Shown: positions 52,272 through 62,229, numbered from the stretch's first letter. The stretch: DNA of 64,000 nucleotides from Lachnospiraceae bacterium (GCA_030524525.1 JAUNGI010000002.1:103350-167349); one strand, 5' to 3'. Translations and numbers: made by a program. The notes: a model not told the origin generated them from the letters alone.

Positions 52272-53865
52272 GCGAAGTGACGGAAAACCTTCTTTTTGCA
52301 TGCCGCCGCCGCTGCCAGCCCTGCAAAAGCAGAAACAGCGCGCTGTAGCAGGCGCAGAACAGAAACAGGAGCAGCAGATTTTGGACGCTTCGGACGGTCA
52401 GCAGCCGCCGCAGCGGCCAGAAGAAGGGCAGGAGCACGAGGGTCGCCAGCACCGGACGGATCAGGGAATTGCGCACGTCGAGCCGAAGAACGCCTTCTTT
52501 TTTCAAAAGGCTCAGGTCGAGGACGAGCTGCAAAAGCGTTCCGCTCAGCGAAGCGATCAGATAGCCCGGAAGCTGCATGCGGGGGATCAGGAGAAGCTGA
52601 AGCAGCAGGCGCAGGATGCAGCTGACGACGGAGTTTCGGAAGGTCAGGTTCGTCTTTGACAGTCCGTTTACGATGCTCGCCGCAGTCTGCGAGGCGTACA
52701 AAAACGGGCACAAAAAGGCGAAGAGGGAGAGGTAGGCGCCTGCCCGGGCGTTGCCAAAGACAAGCAGACAGAGCGGATCGCCGAACAAAACAAAAATGCC
52801 GGTTACGAGGACGCCGAGCAAAAACGTATAGCGCAGCGTGACGCGAACCGTAACCTGCAAAAGCGGCAGCTTTCCGGCGGCGTGCGCTTCGGAAACCGTC
52901 GGGAGGAGGAGAATGGCAAGCGCGCTCGTGATGGCAGTCGGAAAGAACAGAAAGGGCATGACCATACCGCTTACGACGCCAAGCTCGCCGAGGGCTTCGG
53001 CTGCGGGCATGCCGGAGCGGCGGAGCAGCGCGGGGATCAGGATCGTCTCATAGCTGTGCAGCAGGCTGAGAACAAGATGGTTGGCGGTCAGCGGAACGGC
53101 AATCTGCAGGATCGGCGCAAGCTGAGGCGGCAGCTGCGTGTCGGCGGAAAGAGTCGGCTGCCCGTCGGAGGCGGAACGCAGCGGTTTATCGGTAGCAGGC
53201 TGTCGGCGCTCCTTTTTTTCGGGCAAAAGCAGAAAGAGAAAGCTGACCAGATTGGAGGCGATCTCTCCGACCACGACGCCCATTGCCGCAAGCTCGCAGG
53301 AAACTTCTCCGGAGGCGTCGGGAAACAGGGAGGGCATCAGGCTTCCGCCAAGCATGACGAAGGAGATGCGGACGGCCTGCTCCAACAGCTGCGTCCCCGC
53401 CGGGACGCCGGAGCGTTTTTTTCCGTAATAGTAGCCGTTCAGACAGGCGGTCGCGCCGCAGAACGGAAACATGATCGACAGGATCTTCAAGGAGGCGGCG
53501 GTTTCGGGCGCTTCCAACAGCCGGTCGGCGATTGTGCCTGCAAAGACGGAGACAAGCAGGGAAAGCAGGAGGGCGAGGGAGACGGAAAGCAGCATTCCGA
53601 CGGTCAAAATTCGGCGCTGGAGCCGGCGCGTCTCCGGGGAAGCCTCCGCCGAAACCTCGGCGACCCGCTTGCTGACGGCGGTCTGAATGCCGGAAGCATA
53701 GATCGTAAAGCAGATGCTCGATACCGGAACAATGAGCTGGTACAGTCCCATTCGTTCTTCGGACATGGCGCCCGCCAGATAGATTTTATAAAGAAAGCCC
53801 ATGATCCGGGAGAGAAGCCCCGCGGCGGTCAGAATCAAGGTGCCTTGCAGAAGTTTGTTTTTCAT
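52246..53865 (-). CDS. spoVB: MOP-superfamily flippase, SpoVB/MurJ-like
   Basis: 539 aa with ~14 TM helices. The N-terminus MKNKLLQGTLILTAAGLLSRIMGFLYKIYLAGAMSEERMGLYQLIVP is typical of SpoVB/polysaccharide-biosynthesis proteins. The spoVB assignment, as opposed to another MOP flippase, is inference. Confidence 0.75.
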   Translation of the reverse strand: MKNKLLQGTLILTAAGLLSRIMGFLYKIYLAGAMSEERMGLYQLIVPVSSICFTIYASGIQTAVSKRVAEVSAEASPETRRLQRRILTVGMLLSVSLALLLSLLVSVFAGTIADRLLEAPETAASLKILSIMFPFCGATACLNGYYYGKKRSGVPAGTQLLEQAVRISFVMLGGSLMPSLFPDASGEVSCELAAMGVVVGEIASNLVSFLFLLLPEKKERRQPATDKPLRSASDGQPTLSADTQLPPQLAPILQIAVPLTANHLVLSLLHSYETILIPALLRRSGMPAAEALGELGVVSGMVMPFLFFPTAITSALAILLLPTVSEAHAAGKLPLLQVTVRVTLRYTFLLGVLVTGIFVLFGDPLCLLVFGNARAGAYLSLFAFLCPFLYASQTAASIVNGLSKTNLTFRNSVVSCILRLLLQLLLIPRMQLPGYLIASLSGTLLQLVLDLSLLKKEGVLRLDVRNSLIRPVLATLVLLPFFWPLRRLLTVRSVQNLLLLFLFCACYSALFLLLQGWQRRRHAKRRFSVTSQNAGRRQV

Positions 53866-54066
53866 GAGCGGCTTCCGTTTCGGACATCGGTCTCTTTCAG
53901 TTTATGAGGCAGAAAAAGGATTATTCCGGGGAACGATTGCAGGCTTCATGGGATTTCTTCGAAAGAAAAAAAGGAAATTCCGCTTTTTTGTTGAATAATA
54001 TTATGAGTGCGTTTTTCTTATGGGGAAAAGGAGAGGCGGGACGGTTTCCGCCGTTATGAGGTAGGT

Positions 54067-55080
54067 ATGACAAACATCAGACAAATGTTAGAAGAAAGAG
54101 AGCATCAGATGCTTTCTCCGTATGCCACGTTTTCCGACGCAAGCAAGGGGCGGAAGCGGCAGGAGGAGCCCTGCGATATCCGTCCGGTTTTCCAGCGCGA
54201 CCGGGATCGGATCATTCATTCGAAATCGTTCCGGCGCTTAAAGGATAAGACGCAGGTCTTTCTGACGCCGGAGGGGGATCATTATCGGACGCGGATGACG
54301 CATACGCTGGAGGTGTCTCAGATCGCGCGTTCCATTTCCAAGGCGCTGCAGCTAAACGAGGATCTGACCGAGGCGATCGCCCTCGGACACGATCTCGGGC
54401 ATACGCCGTTCGGACATGCCGGAGAACGCGCGCTCAACCGGGTGTGCCCGGAGGGGTTCCGGCATCAGGAGCAGAGCGTCCGCGTGACCGAGCTGCACGA
54501 AAAGGACGGGCGGGGACTGAATCTGACGCTGGAGGTTTTGGACGGCATTTTGAACCATCAGACGTCCGGGCATCCGTCTACGCTGGAGGGCGCCGTCGTC
54601 CGGCTGGCGGACAAGATCGCATATGTCAACCATGATATCGACGATGCGATCCGCGGCAGGATCATTCGGGAGGACGAGCTTCCGGGGGATCTGACCGAAA
54701 TTTTGGGGCATAGCCTGAAGGAGCGGCTGAATACGCTCGTTCACGACATTGTGACGCACAGCTACGGAAAAGCGGAGATCGTGATGTCCGAGCCGGTGGA
54801 AAGCGCCATGCACGCGCTGCGGAAGTATATGTTTGCAAGCGTATATACCAACCCGGTGGCGAAGGGACAGGAGCATAAGGCGGAGCAGATGATCGAGATG
54901 CTGTACGAGCATTACCGCACGCATACGGAGTATCTGCCGGAGGAATATCTGCGGCTGGCGGAGCAGAAAGGCGAATCGCTCGACCGCGTCGTTGCCGACT
55001 ATATTGCCGGCATGACCGACAAATATGCGGTCAGTCGCTTCAGCGATATCATGATTCCAAAAGCTTGGGGAGTATATTGA
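54067..55080 (+). CDS. dgt: dGTP triphosphohydrolase-like HD-domain protein
   Basis: It has FQRDRDRIIHSKSFRRLKDKTQVF and the HD motif RMTHTLEVSQIARSI...LGHDLGHTPFGH. It sits upstream of dnaG, as in other Firmicutes. Confidence 0.88.
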   Translation: MTNIRQMLEEREHQMLSPYATFSDASKGRKRQEEPCDIRPVFQRDRDRIIHSKSFRRLKDKTQVFLTPEGDHYRTRMTHTLEVSQIARSISKALQLNEDLTEAIALGHDLGHTPFGHAGERALNRVCPEGFRHQEQSVRVTELHEKDGRGLNLTLEVLDGILNHQTSGHPSTLEGAVVRLADKIAYVNHDIDDAIRGRIIREDELPGDLTEILGHSLKERLNTLVHDIVTHSYGKAEIVMSEPVESAMHALRKYMFASVYTNPVAKGQEHKAEQMIEMLYEHYRTHTEYLPEEYLRLAEQKGESLDRVVADYIAGMTDKYAVSRFSDIMIPKAWGVY

Positions 55081-56861
55081 TGTACTATTCGGATCAGATC
55101 ATTGACGAGGTTCGGAGCCGGAACGATATTGTGGAAGTGGTCGGAGCCTACGTTAAGTTAAAAAGGAGCGGGAGCAATTATCAGGGGCTTTGCCCGTTTC
55201 ATAACGAAAAAACGCCCTCGTTCAGCGTCAGTCCGTCGCGGCAGACCTATAAATGTTTCGGCTGCGGGAAGGGCGGCAACGTCTTTACCTTTTTAATGGA
55301 ATATGAAAACTTTTCGTTTCCGGAGGCGCTTCGCTATCTTGCCGAGCGCAGCGGCGTGACGCTTCCCCAAGAGGACGTTTCGCAGGAGCAGCAAAAACGC
55401 GCCGCGGAGCGTCAGCAGCTTCAGGCGCTTTACAAAAGGGCGGCGACCTATTATTATCAGAAGCTTCGCTCTCCGGCGGGGCAGAACGCCTACCAATATC
55501 TTCGGGAGCGGCAGCTTTCCGAGGAGACGATCGTGAAATTCGGGCTGGGCTACAGCGACAGCAAGCTGTATCCGCTCCTGAAAAACGAGGGCTATTCGGA
55601 CCCGTTTCTGAGTAAAAGCGGTCTGTTTACCTACACCGAGGAGCACGGCGTGCGGGACAAGTTCTGGAACCGCGTCATGTTTCCGATCATGGATGCGAAC
55701 AGCCGGGTCATTGCCTTCGGCGGGCGCGTTATGGGGGACGGGCTGCCGAAGTATCTGAATTCGCCGGAAACGGCTATTTTTGAAAAGAGCCGGCACTTGT
55801 ACGGGCTGCATGTGGCGCGGAGGACGCGAAAGCCGTATTTTCTTCTCTGCGAGGGCTATATGGATACGATCTCGCTGCATCAGGCGGGCTTTGACAACGC
55901 CGTGGCGTCGCTGGGAACCGCGCTGACCGGGCTGCAGGCCAATCTGCTTCGGCGCTATACGCAGGAGGTGGTGATCACCTACGACAGCGACGGGGCGGGA
56001 CAGAAGGCGGCGCTGCGCGCGATCCCGATCCTGCGGGAGGCGGGCATCAAAACGCGCGTCGTGGATATGAAGCCGTACAAGGACCCGGACGAGTTCATCA
56101 AGGCGCTGGGAGCCGAGGCGTATGAGGAGCGCGTCCGCGGCGCGGCGAGCAGCTTCTTTTTTGAGCTTCGCGTGCTTTCGGAGCAGTTCGATATGAACGA
56201 CCCGGAGGATAAGACCCGGTTCTATCAGGAAGCCGCAAGGAAAATGCTGGATTTTCCGGACGAGCTGGAGCGGCGGACTTATATGGACGCCTTCTGCAAG
56301 GAATACTATGTTCCTCAGGAGGATTTCCGAAGGCTTGTGAATCGGCTCGGAAATCAGACGGCGTTTCAGAAAAACTACGACGAGGTCCGCGAAAAGGACC
56401 GGAAGGAGCTTGCGGAGCGGAACAAGCCGGACGGCGGGCTTCGGGCGGCGGAAAAGCTGCTTTTGACGTGGTGCATCGAGCAGCCGGAATATTTTCGGCT
56501 GTTGGAAGGCATATTGTCAGCGGAGGATTTTGAAGAAGGGGTCTATCGGAGCGTCGCCGCCATGTGCTTTGCGCAGTACCGCGAGGAAGGGCGCGTGGAG
56601 CCTGCCCGTCTGATCAGCCGGTTTGAAACGAAGGAGGAGCAGAGCTTGGCGGCGGATATTTGTTCGACGCCGCTTCGCGAGGACATGAAGCCGGAGGAAC
56701 GGCGGAAAGCCTTTGCCGACACCGTCGTTCGGATCCGCACCCAAAGCTTGGAGGCGGCCACCGCGCAGGCGGTTCGGGAGAACGACGTAAACAAAGTACA
56801 GGTGCTGATGAGGGAAAAGAAGGAGCTGAAAAATCTGCACAGACGTCTGCTGCTTGGCTGA
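55080..56861 (+). CDS. dnaG: DNA primase
   Basis: It has the zinc finger CPFHNEKTPSFSVSPSRQTYKCFGCGKGG and a TOPRIM domain (LCEGYMDTISL, TYDSDGAGQKA). The ATG overlaps the dgt stop codon. Confidence 0.95.
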   Translation: MYYSDQIIDEVRSRNDIVEVVGAYVKLKRSGSNYQGLCPFHNEKTPSFSVSPSRQTYKCFGCGKGGNVFTFLMEYENFSFPEALRYLAERSGVTLPQEDVSQEQQKRAAERQQLQALYKRAATYYYQKLRSPAGQNAYQYLRERQLSEETIVKFGLGYSDSKLYPLLKNEGYSDPFLSKSGLFTYTEEHGVRDKFWNRVMFPIMDANSRVIAFGGRVMGDGLPKYLNSPETAIFEKSRHLYGLHVARRTRKPYFLLCEGYMDTISLHQAGFDNAVASLGTALTGLQANLLRRYTQEVVITYDSDGAGQKAALRAIPILREAGIKTRVVDMKPYKDPDEFIKALGAEAYEERVRGAASSFFFELRVLSEQFDMNDPEDKTRFYQEAARKMLDFPDELERRTYMDAFCKEYYVPQEDFRRLVNRLGNQTAFQKNYDEVREKDRKELAERNKPDGGLRAAEKLLLTWCIEQPEYFRLLEGILSAEDFEEGVYRSVAAMCFAQYREEGRVEPARLISRFETKEEQSLAADICSTPLREDMKPEERRKAFADTVVRIRTQSLEAATAQAVRENDVNKVQVLMREKKELKNLHRRLLLG

Positions 56862-56900
56862 GAGCAGAGGGGGAGATTGGCTTCGGAATGGAGGTTCGAA

Positions 56901-58076
56901 ATGGACGAGGAAAAGCTGGAAGGAAAATTCAACGAAAAAATGCCGGAGGAGGAAGCGCCGGAGCAGGACGCAAAGGCGGAGAGCTTCCTGCGCTTTCAGG
57001 AAAGGCTGGGGCAGCTTCTTGAATTTGCCAAAACAAAGAAAAACGTTCTGGAATACCAAGAGATCATCGACTTTTTCGAGGGAGTTCCCTTTCCTTCGGA
57101 CAGCCTCGACAAGATCTACGATTATTTGGAAAGCAACAATGTGGACGTTCTGCGCAAGGACAGCGTGGACGAGCTGGAGGAGCTTCCGATCGTCGCCGAG
57201 GAGGAGCCGGAGCTGGAGGCGCTCGATCTTTCGATACCGGACGGCATTAGTTTGGAGGACCCGGTGCGGATGTATCTGAAGGAGATCGGAAAGGTTCCGC
57301 TCCTGACGGCGGAGGAGGAAGTCGCTCTTTCCGAACGGATGGAGCAGGGGGACGAGAGCGCCCGAAAGCGGCTGGCGGAGGCAAACCTGCGCTTGGTGGT
57401 CAGCATTGCCAAGCGCTACATGGGACGCGGAATGCAGTTCCTTGATCTGATCCAAGAGGGCAATCTGGGGCTGATCAAGGCTGTGGAAAAGTTTGATTAC
57501 AAGAAGGGCTATAAATTTTCCACATATGCCACATGGTGGATCCGTCAGGCGATCACAAGGGCGATCGCGGATCAGGCGCGAACCATCCGGATCCCGGTGC
57601 ATATGGTGGAGACGATCAACCGTCTGATCCGGGTGCAGCGGCAGCTTTTGCAGGAGCTTGGACGGGAGCCCAGCACCGAGGAGATTGCAAAGGCAATGAA
57701 GCTTCCGGTGGATCGCGTGCTGGAAATTCAAAAGATCTCGCAGGAGCCGGTCTCCTTGGAAACGCCGATCGGCGAGGAGGAGGACAGCCATTTGGGCGAC
57801 TTCCTTCCGGACGAAAATATGCCGATGCCGGTGGACGCCGCCTCGTTCTCCATGCTGCGGGAGCAGCTTTACGACGTGCTCGGTACGCTGACCGACCGGG
57901 AACAGAAGGTGCTTCGCCTACGTTTCGGTCTGGACGACGGAAGGCAGCGGACGCTGGAGGAGGTCGGACGGGAATTTGAGGTCACCAGAGAGCGCATCCG
58001 ACAGATCGAGGCCAAGGCGCTGCGGAAGCTCCGGCACCCGTCGAGAAGCCGGAAGCTGCGGGATTATCTGGAATAG
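56901..58076 (+). CDS. rpoD: Primary RNA polymerase sigma factor
   Basis: The ATG at 56901 follows a GGAGG RBS. Region 2 is [60 protein letters not shown] and region 4 is [30 protein letters not shown]. Confidence 0.97.
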   Translation: MDEEKLEGKFNEKMPEEEAPEQDAKAESFLRFQERLGQLLEFAKTKKNVLEYQEIIDFFEGVPFPSDSLDKIYDYLESNNVDVLRKDSVDELEELPIVAEEEPELEALDLSIPDGISLEDPVRMYLKEIGKVPLLTAEEEVALSERMEQGDESARKRLAEANLRLVVSIAKRYMGRGMQFLDLIQEGNLGLIKAVEKFDYKKGYKFSTYATWWIRQAITRAIADQARTIRIPVHMVETINRLIRVQRQLLQELGREPSTEEIAKAMKLPVDRVLEIQKISQEPVSLETPIGEEEDSHLGDFLPDENMPMPVDAASFSMLREQLYDVLGTLTDREQKVLRLRFGLDDGRQRTLEEVGREFEVTRERIRQIEAKALRKLRHPSRSRKLRDYLE

Positions 58077-58108
58077 ACACGGAAATGATCCGGGAACGGC
58101 GGAAGAAC

Positions 58109-58801
58109 ATGCATTTATCGGAACGAATGAAAATGGTGGCGGGGCTGGTCGCGCCTTGCAGGACGCTGGCGGACGTCGGCTGCGATCACGGCTATCTGTC
58201 CATTTGGCTTCTGCGGCACGCGGTCTGCGGGAAAGCCATCGCCATGGATCTGCGGGAAGGACCGCTGCGGCACGCGGAGGAAAACCGGCGCTTCTTTCAT
58301 ATGGAAGAACGCATGGAGCTTCGGCGTTCGGACGGGCTTGAGAGGCTTTCGCCGCAGGAGGCGGATGCGATCTTGCTTGCAGGAATGGGCGGCAAGCTGG
58401 TAAGAGATATTTTGGAGCGCGGCGCGGCGTGCGTCGGCGCCGCTTCGCAGCTCGTTCTGCAGCCGCAGTCGGAGCTTCCCGAGGTGCGGAAATATTTGCA
58501 CCGAAACGGCTTTCGGATCGCGGCGGAGGCCATGTGCTTGGAGGACGGAAAATACTACACGGCGATGCGGGCGGAGCCGGGAACGGAGCCGCCCTATACG
58601 GAGGAAGAATATTTGGCGGGAAAATGCCTGATCGACGTTCAGCATCCCGTGGCAGCGGCATATATAAAAATGCTGACGGAGAAGCGCAGGCGGGTGATGC
58701 GCGAGCTGGCTTCGGCAGACCCCGAAAAAGTCGGGGAACGGCGGCAGAGCGCGCAGGAAGAACTGCGGTGCGCGCAGCGTGCGCTGGAAAGGTTTCTATA
58801 A
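58109..58801 (+). CDS. trmK: tRNA (adenine22-N1)-methyltransferase
   Basis: It has the SAM motif LADVGCDHGYLSIWLL and ILLAGMGG. Its position downstream of rpoD matches B. subtilis yqfN. Confidence 0.85.
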   Translation: MHLSERMKMVAGLVAPCRTLADVGCDHGYLSIWLLRHAVCGKAIAMDLREGPLRHAEENRRFFHMEERMELRRSDGLERLSPQEADAILLAGMGGKLVRDILERGAACVGAASQLVLQPQSELPEVRKYLHRNGFRIAAEAMCLEDGKYYTAMRAEPGTEPPYTEEEYLAGKCLIDVQHPVAAAYIKMLTEKRRRVMRELASADPEKVGERRQSAQEELRCAQRALERFL

Positions 58802-58813
58802 GGAAGGTAGCAG

Positions 58814-60475
58814 ATGGGACAGACGGTAAAGGTAACGGTTCGGGATGTGACAAAGGAGTATCCCGCAGGGGTTTCCCTGCAGGAAATTTGCAGACGGCAG
58901 ATGGGCGAGAGCGCGTCGGAATGTCTGCTGGCGGTCGTAAACGGGAAGCTCTGCGAGCTGTTCAAAACGATTCATAAGGATTGTCAGGCGACGTTTCTGA
59001 CGTATCGCGACTCCGCGGGGCACAAGACCTACGCGAGAGGGATGACGATGCTTCTGCTGACGGCTCTGACGCATTTATACGGAAAAGAGGCGTCCGCCGG
59101 TTTTCGGGTGGAGCACCGCTTGGGCGACGGAATTTACTGCGAAAGCGAAAAGCTGTCTCTGACGGAGGAGGTTCTTGAGGCTCTGCGGGCGGAGATGGAG
59201 CGTCTTGTGAAGAAGGACTACGCCATAGAAAAGAAATCCATGAACACGTCCAACGCGATCGCGCTGTTTGCGGAGGAGGGAATGACGGATAAGGTGCGGC
59301 TGCTTCGCTATCGCCGCAGCTCCAAAATGAACGTTTATTATCTGGACGGCTATATGGATTATTTTTACGGGCATATGCCGGTATCGACGGGCTGTTTGAA
59401 CCGGTTTGCGCTGCGCCTCTACCGGGAGGGGATGCTTCTGATGCTGCCGAGCGCTTTGGACGCGGGGCAGGTCTCCGAGCCGGTGACCCGGGAAAAGCTG
59501 TATGCCACGCTGCAGGAGGCGAATCACTGGGGGCGCGCCATGGGGATCGAAACGGTGGGCGATCTGAACGCGGAAATTTCCAAGGGGCGCATGGAGGATC
59601 TGATCCTGCTGCAGGAGGCGCTTCAGGAACGGAAGCTCTCGGAGCTTGCGGAGGCGATTGCCGCGCGGAAGGACTGCAAATTTGTTATGATCGCGGGACC
59701 GTCCTCCTCCGGAAAGACGACCTTTTCGCACCGACTGTCCATCCAGCTTCGGTCGTTGGGACTCCGGCCGCATCCGATCGGGCTGGACAATTATTACAAG
59801 GATCGGGAGCTGGCACCGAAAAATCCGGACGGAACGTACGATCTGGAATGTCTCGACGCGCTCGACGTGCCGCTGTTCAACGAGCAGATGTCGGCGCTTT
59901 TGAACGGCGAAACCGTGTCCATGCCGGAATTCAACTTCAAGACCGGCAAGTCGGAGCGGCGGGGAAAGCTGCTGACGCTTGGCGCGGACGACATTCTTGT
60001 GATCGAGGGCATTCACGGACTCAACGACGCGCTTTCCTACTCGCTGCCGAAGGAGAGCAAATTTAAGGTATATATCAGCGCCCTGACCGAGCTGAATCTG
60101 GATTCCCACAACCGGATCTCGACGACCGACGGTCGGCTGCTGCGGCGCATTGTGCGGGACGCCAAAGCGCGGGGCACTTCGGCAAAGGACACGATCGCCA
60201 TGTGGCCTTCGGTGCGGCACGGAGAAGAAAATTATATCTTTCCGTTTCAGGAGGACGCCGATTATATGTTCAATTCCGCGCTGATCTACGAGCTTTCGGT
60301 CCTGAAGCAGTATGCGGAGCCTTTGCTGTTCGGTATTCCCGAAGAATGCGAGGAGTGGCTGGAGGCAAAGCGCCTCCTGAAATTTCTGGATTATTTTCTG
60401 GGGATCCCGACCGATGACATTCCCAAAAATTCGATCCTGCGGGAATTTATCGGCGGCAGCTGTTTCCCGGTGTGA
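58814..60475 (+). CDS. Nucleoside/uridine kinase-family protein with an N-terminal TGS/ThrRS-like domain
   Basis: 553 aa with the P-loop MIAGPSSSGKTTFSHRL, the PRK-type core DNYYKD ... VIEGIHGLN, and a ubiquitin-like N-terminus VKVTVRDVTKEYPAGVSLQEI. Confidence 0.8.
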   Translation: MGQTVKVTVRDVTKEYPAGVSLQEICRRQMGESASECLLAVVNGKLCELFKTIHKDCQATFLTYRDSAGHKTYARGMTMLLLTALTHLYGKEASAGFRVEHRLGDGIYCESEKLSLTEEVLEALRAEMERLVKKDYAIEKKSMNTSNAIALFAEEGMTDKVRLLRYRRSSKMNVYYLDGYMDYFYGHMPVSTGCLNRFALRLYREGMLLMLPSALDAGQVSEPVTREKLYATLQEANHWGRAMGIETVGDLNAEISKGRMEDLILLQEALQERKLSELAEAIAARKDCKFVMIAGPSSSGKTTFSHRLSIQLRSLGLRPHPIGLDNYYKDRELAPKNPDGTYDLECLDALDVPLFNEQMSALLNGETVSMPEFNFKTGKSERRGKLLTLGADDILVIEGIHGLNDALSYSLPKESKFKVYISALTELNLDSHNRISTTDGRLLRRIVRDAKARGTSAKDTIAMWPSVRHGEENYIFPFQEDADYMFNSALIYELSVLKQYAEPLLFGIPEECEEWLEAKRLLKFLDYFLGIPTDDIPKNSILREFIGGSCFPV

Positions 60476-60530
60476 CGAAGGGGGCAAAAAGGGCTTGCAT
60501 TTTCCTTTGGGGAGATGGTAAGATAGAGCC

Positions 60531-60896
60531 GAGCAGCACAGATGATCGCGCCGCTTTGGCGGTGAGGAAAGTCCGGGCTATACAGGGCAGGGTGCCGGAT
60601 AACGTCCGGTGGAGGCGACTCCAAGGCCAGTGCAACAGAAAAGAAACCGCCGCGCATGGGCTTGTCTCATGGCGGTAAGGGTGGAATGGCAGTGTAAGAG
60701 ACTACCGCCTTTCTGGTAACAGAAAGGGCTGTGTAAACCCCACTCATAGCAAGACCAGACAGAAGGCGATACGGCGGCCCGTCGTGCCTTCGGGTAGGCC
60801 GCGTTTTCGGTGCGGAAGCGCCGGAAGGAGCTGCATGGCAACATGCAGTCAAGAAAGATGATCATCGAATACAGAACCCGGCTTATAGTGTTACTC
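60531..60896 (+). ncRNA. rnpB: RNase P RNA, bacterial type A
   Basis: Universally conserved blocks are present: GAGGAAAGTCCGGGC, GGGCAGGGTGCCGGATAACG, CAGTGCAACAGAAAA, GGTAAGGGTG, GTAAGAG, GGTAACAG, GTAAACCCCAC, AGCAAGACCAGA and the 3' ACAGAACCCGGCTTAT. P1 forms by pairing GAGCAGCAC (60531-60539) with GTGTTACTC (60888-60896). Confidence 0.95.
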
Positions 60897-61220
60897 AGAT
60901 GCCTTTTCGGAAGGTTTTTTCCTTTTGAAAGGGCATTTTTTCTTGGTCTTTGGGGCGGTTTCCTCCTTAATTGTTACGGGACACGCTTAAAAATGTAACA
61001 ATTTTGTAACAATTCGCCCGGTCATTTCATACAATCTTTTTATAAGAGCTCCACGGATTTTTGGTTGTTTTGACTGAGATGACAAAAATCCCCAAAAGAT
61101 GTAGGGACAGGTTTCACGAAATTCCGGTAGGGTCATTGACACGATTTGGAAATTCGGGTAAAGTTGCCGTAACCTCTCCGACAGGGGAAGGAAAACAACT
61201 TTTTTGTAAGGAGAAAATGT

Positions 61221-62138
61221 ATGAGAAGTAGAAAGGCCCTTCTACGAAAGACCATCTGCATGATATTGATTTTCTCTCTGGTGGGAACGGGATGTTTTTC
61301 GCTGACCGTCTGGAGAAATGGATGGAAGCAGGTAGCGGCTGATTGGGAAACCACGATTTTACTGATCCCAAGTGCAGAACGGTCCCTGATACTGATCGAT
61401 GAAAGCAGACAGATTCGCACGGAACAGATATACGATCTGGTAGAGAACCAGCAGATGTTTTCGGAAGATTCTTTTGAGAACATTCTGGAAAGTCGGGATT
61501 GGGACGAGCTTGAGCAAGAGCAGTGGGAGCTGTTGCTGCGCCGCAGCGCCATGCAGCTGCAGCTGGAAGCGATGTACGGCGAGCGCAGGCTTGCGGAGGG
61601 CGCCGCATACGAACAATATTGGGAAGCACAGCGGCAGGCCGAGGCGCTGAAGGAGCAAGCGGCGAAGGAACAGGCAGCCAAGGAACAGGCGGCGAAGGAA
61701 GCCGCCGAATCCGACGGCGCGGTTCACTGTGTAGTCAACTATCGGGGAGAACGCTCCATCTCCGTTTCCAAGGAGGATTATCAATGTCTGCTCCGGATCG
61801 TGCAGGCGGAGGCGGGCGGAGAGGACGCTTACGGAAAGCGGCTCGTTGCCAACGTGATCCTGAACCGGGTCGTATCGGGAGAATTTCCGAATACCGTGAC
61901 CGGAGTCGTATTCCAGAAGGGACAGTTTTCCCCGATCCGGAACGGCGCATATGACAGCGCGAAGGTTTCCGAATCGACCCGCAGCGCCGTGGACGAGGTT
62001 TTGGCGAAGGGCGTGGACGAGGCGAACGGAGCCTTGTACTTCTTTGCACGGCAGTATACAAGCGCGGAAAAGGCGGAATGGTTTGATACGGCTTTGACCA
62101 AGGTGGCTCAGCACGGAGTGCATGAATTTTATAAATAA
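61221..62138 (+). CDS. Cell-wall hydrolase of the SleB/CwlJ (Hydrolase_2) family with an N-terminal membrane anchor
   Basis: The catalytic domain is LLRIVQAEAGGEDAYGKRLVANVILNRVVSGEFPNTVTGVVFQKGQFSPIRNG ... ALYFFA. It has an N-terminal TM helix (ICMILIFSLVGTGCFSL) and an AAGGAG RBS. Confidence 0.85.
   Translation: MRSRKALLRKTICMILIFSLVGTGCFSLTVWRNGWKQVAADWETTILLIPSAERSLILIDESRQIRTEQIYDLVENQQMFSEDSFENILESRDWDELEQEQWELLLRRSAMQLQLEAMYGERRLAEGAAYEQYWEAQRQAEALKEQAAKEQAAKEQAAKEAAESDGAVHCVVNYRGERSISVSKEDYQCLLRIVQAEAGGEDAYGKRLVANVILNRVVSGEFPNTVTGVVFQKGQFSPIRNGAYDSAKVSESTRSAVDEVLAKGVDEANGALYFFARQYTSAEKAEWFDTALTKVAQHGVHEFYK
61650..61706 (+). repeat. 15-bp coding tandem repeat (about 3.8 copies, (K-E-Q-A-A)n)
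   Basis: The units are aaggagcaagcggcg / aaggaacaggcagcc / aaggaacaggcggcg / aaggaagccgcc, encoding KEQAAKEQAAKEQAAKEAA. Confidence 0.9.
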
Positions 62139-62156
62139 TGGTTTTTCGTAGAAGAT

Positions 62157-62196
62157 GAGAAAAATCGCCCCGAAGCAATTCGGCGGCGATTTTTTT
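62157..62196 (+). terminator. Strong bidirectional-type terminator, copy A of a 40-nt exact repeat
   Basis: The sequence is gagAAAAATCGCCCCGAAgcaaTTCGGCGGCGATTTTTtt. It is identical over 40 nt to 63139-63178. Confidence 0.85.
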
Positions 62197-62229
62197 ATTC
62201 TATAGGAAACTGCGTTTCCTATAGAATAA
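62195..62229. repeat. Perfect 16-bp inverted repeat with a 3-nt loop
   Basis: TTATTCTATAGGAAAC-tgc-GTTTCCTATAGAATAA. Confidence 0.9.

Noticed and set aside
52237-53907. Plus-strand ORFs (140, 109 and 341 aa) overlapping the flippase gene
   Set aside because: The minus-strand frame encodes a 14-TM MOP flippase with a typical N-terminus. The plus-strand products are Arg/Gly/Gln-rich and lack any RBS context.
60472-60998. Several 60-95-aa ORFs on both strands
   Set aside because: They overlap the RNase P RNA gene, whose conserved blocks explain the sequence conservation, or its downstream hairpins.
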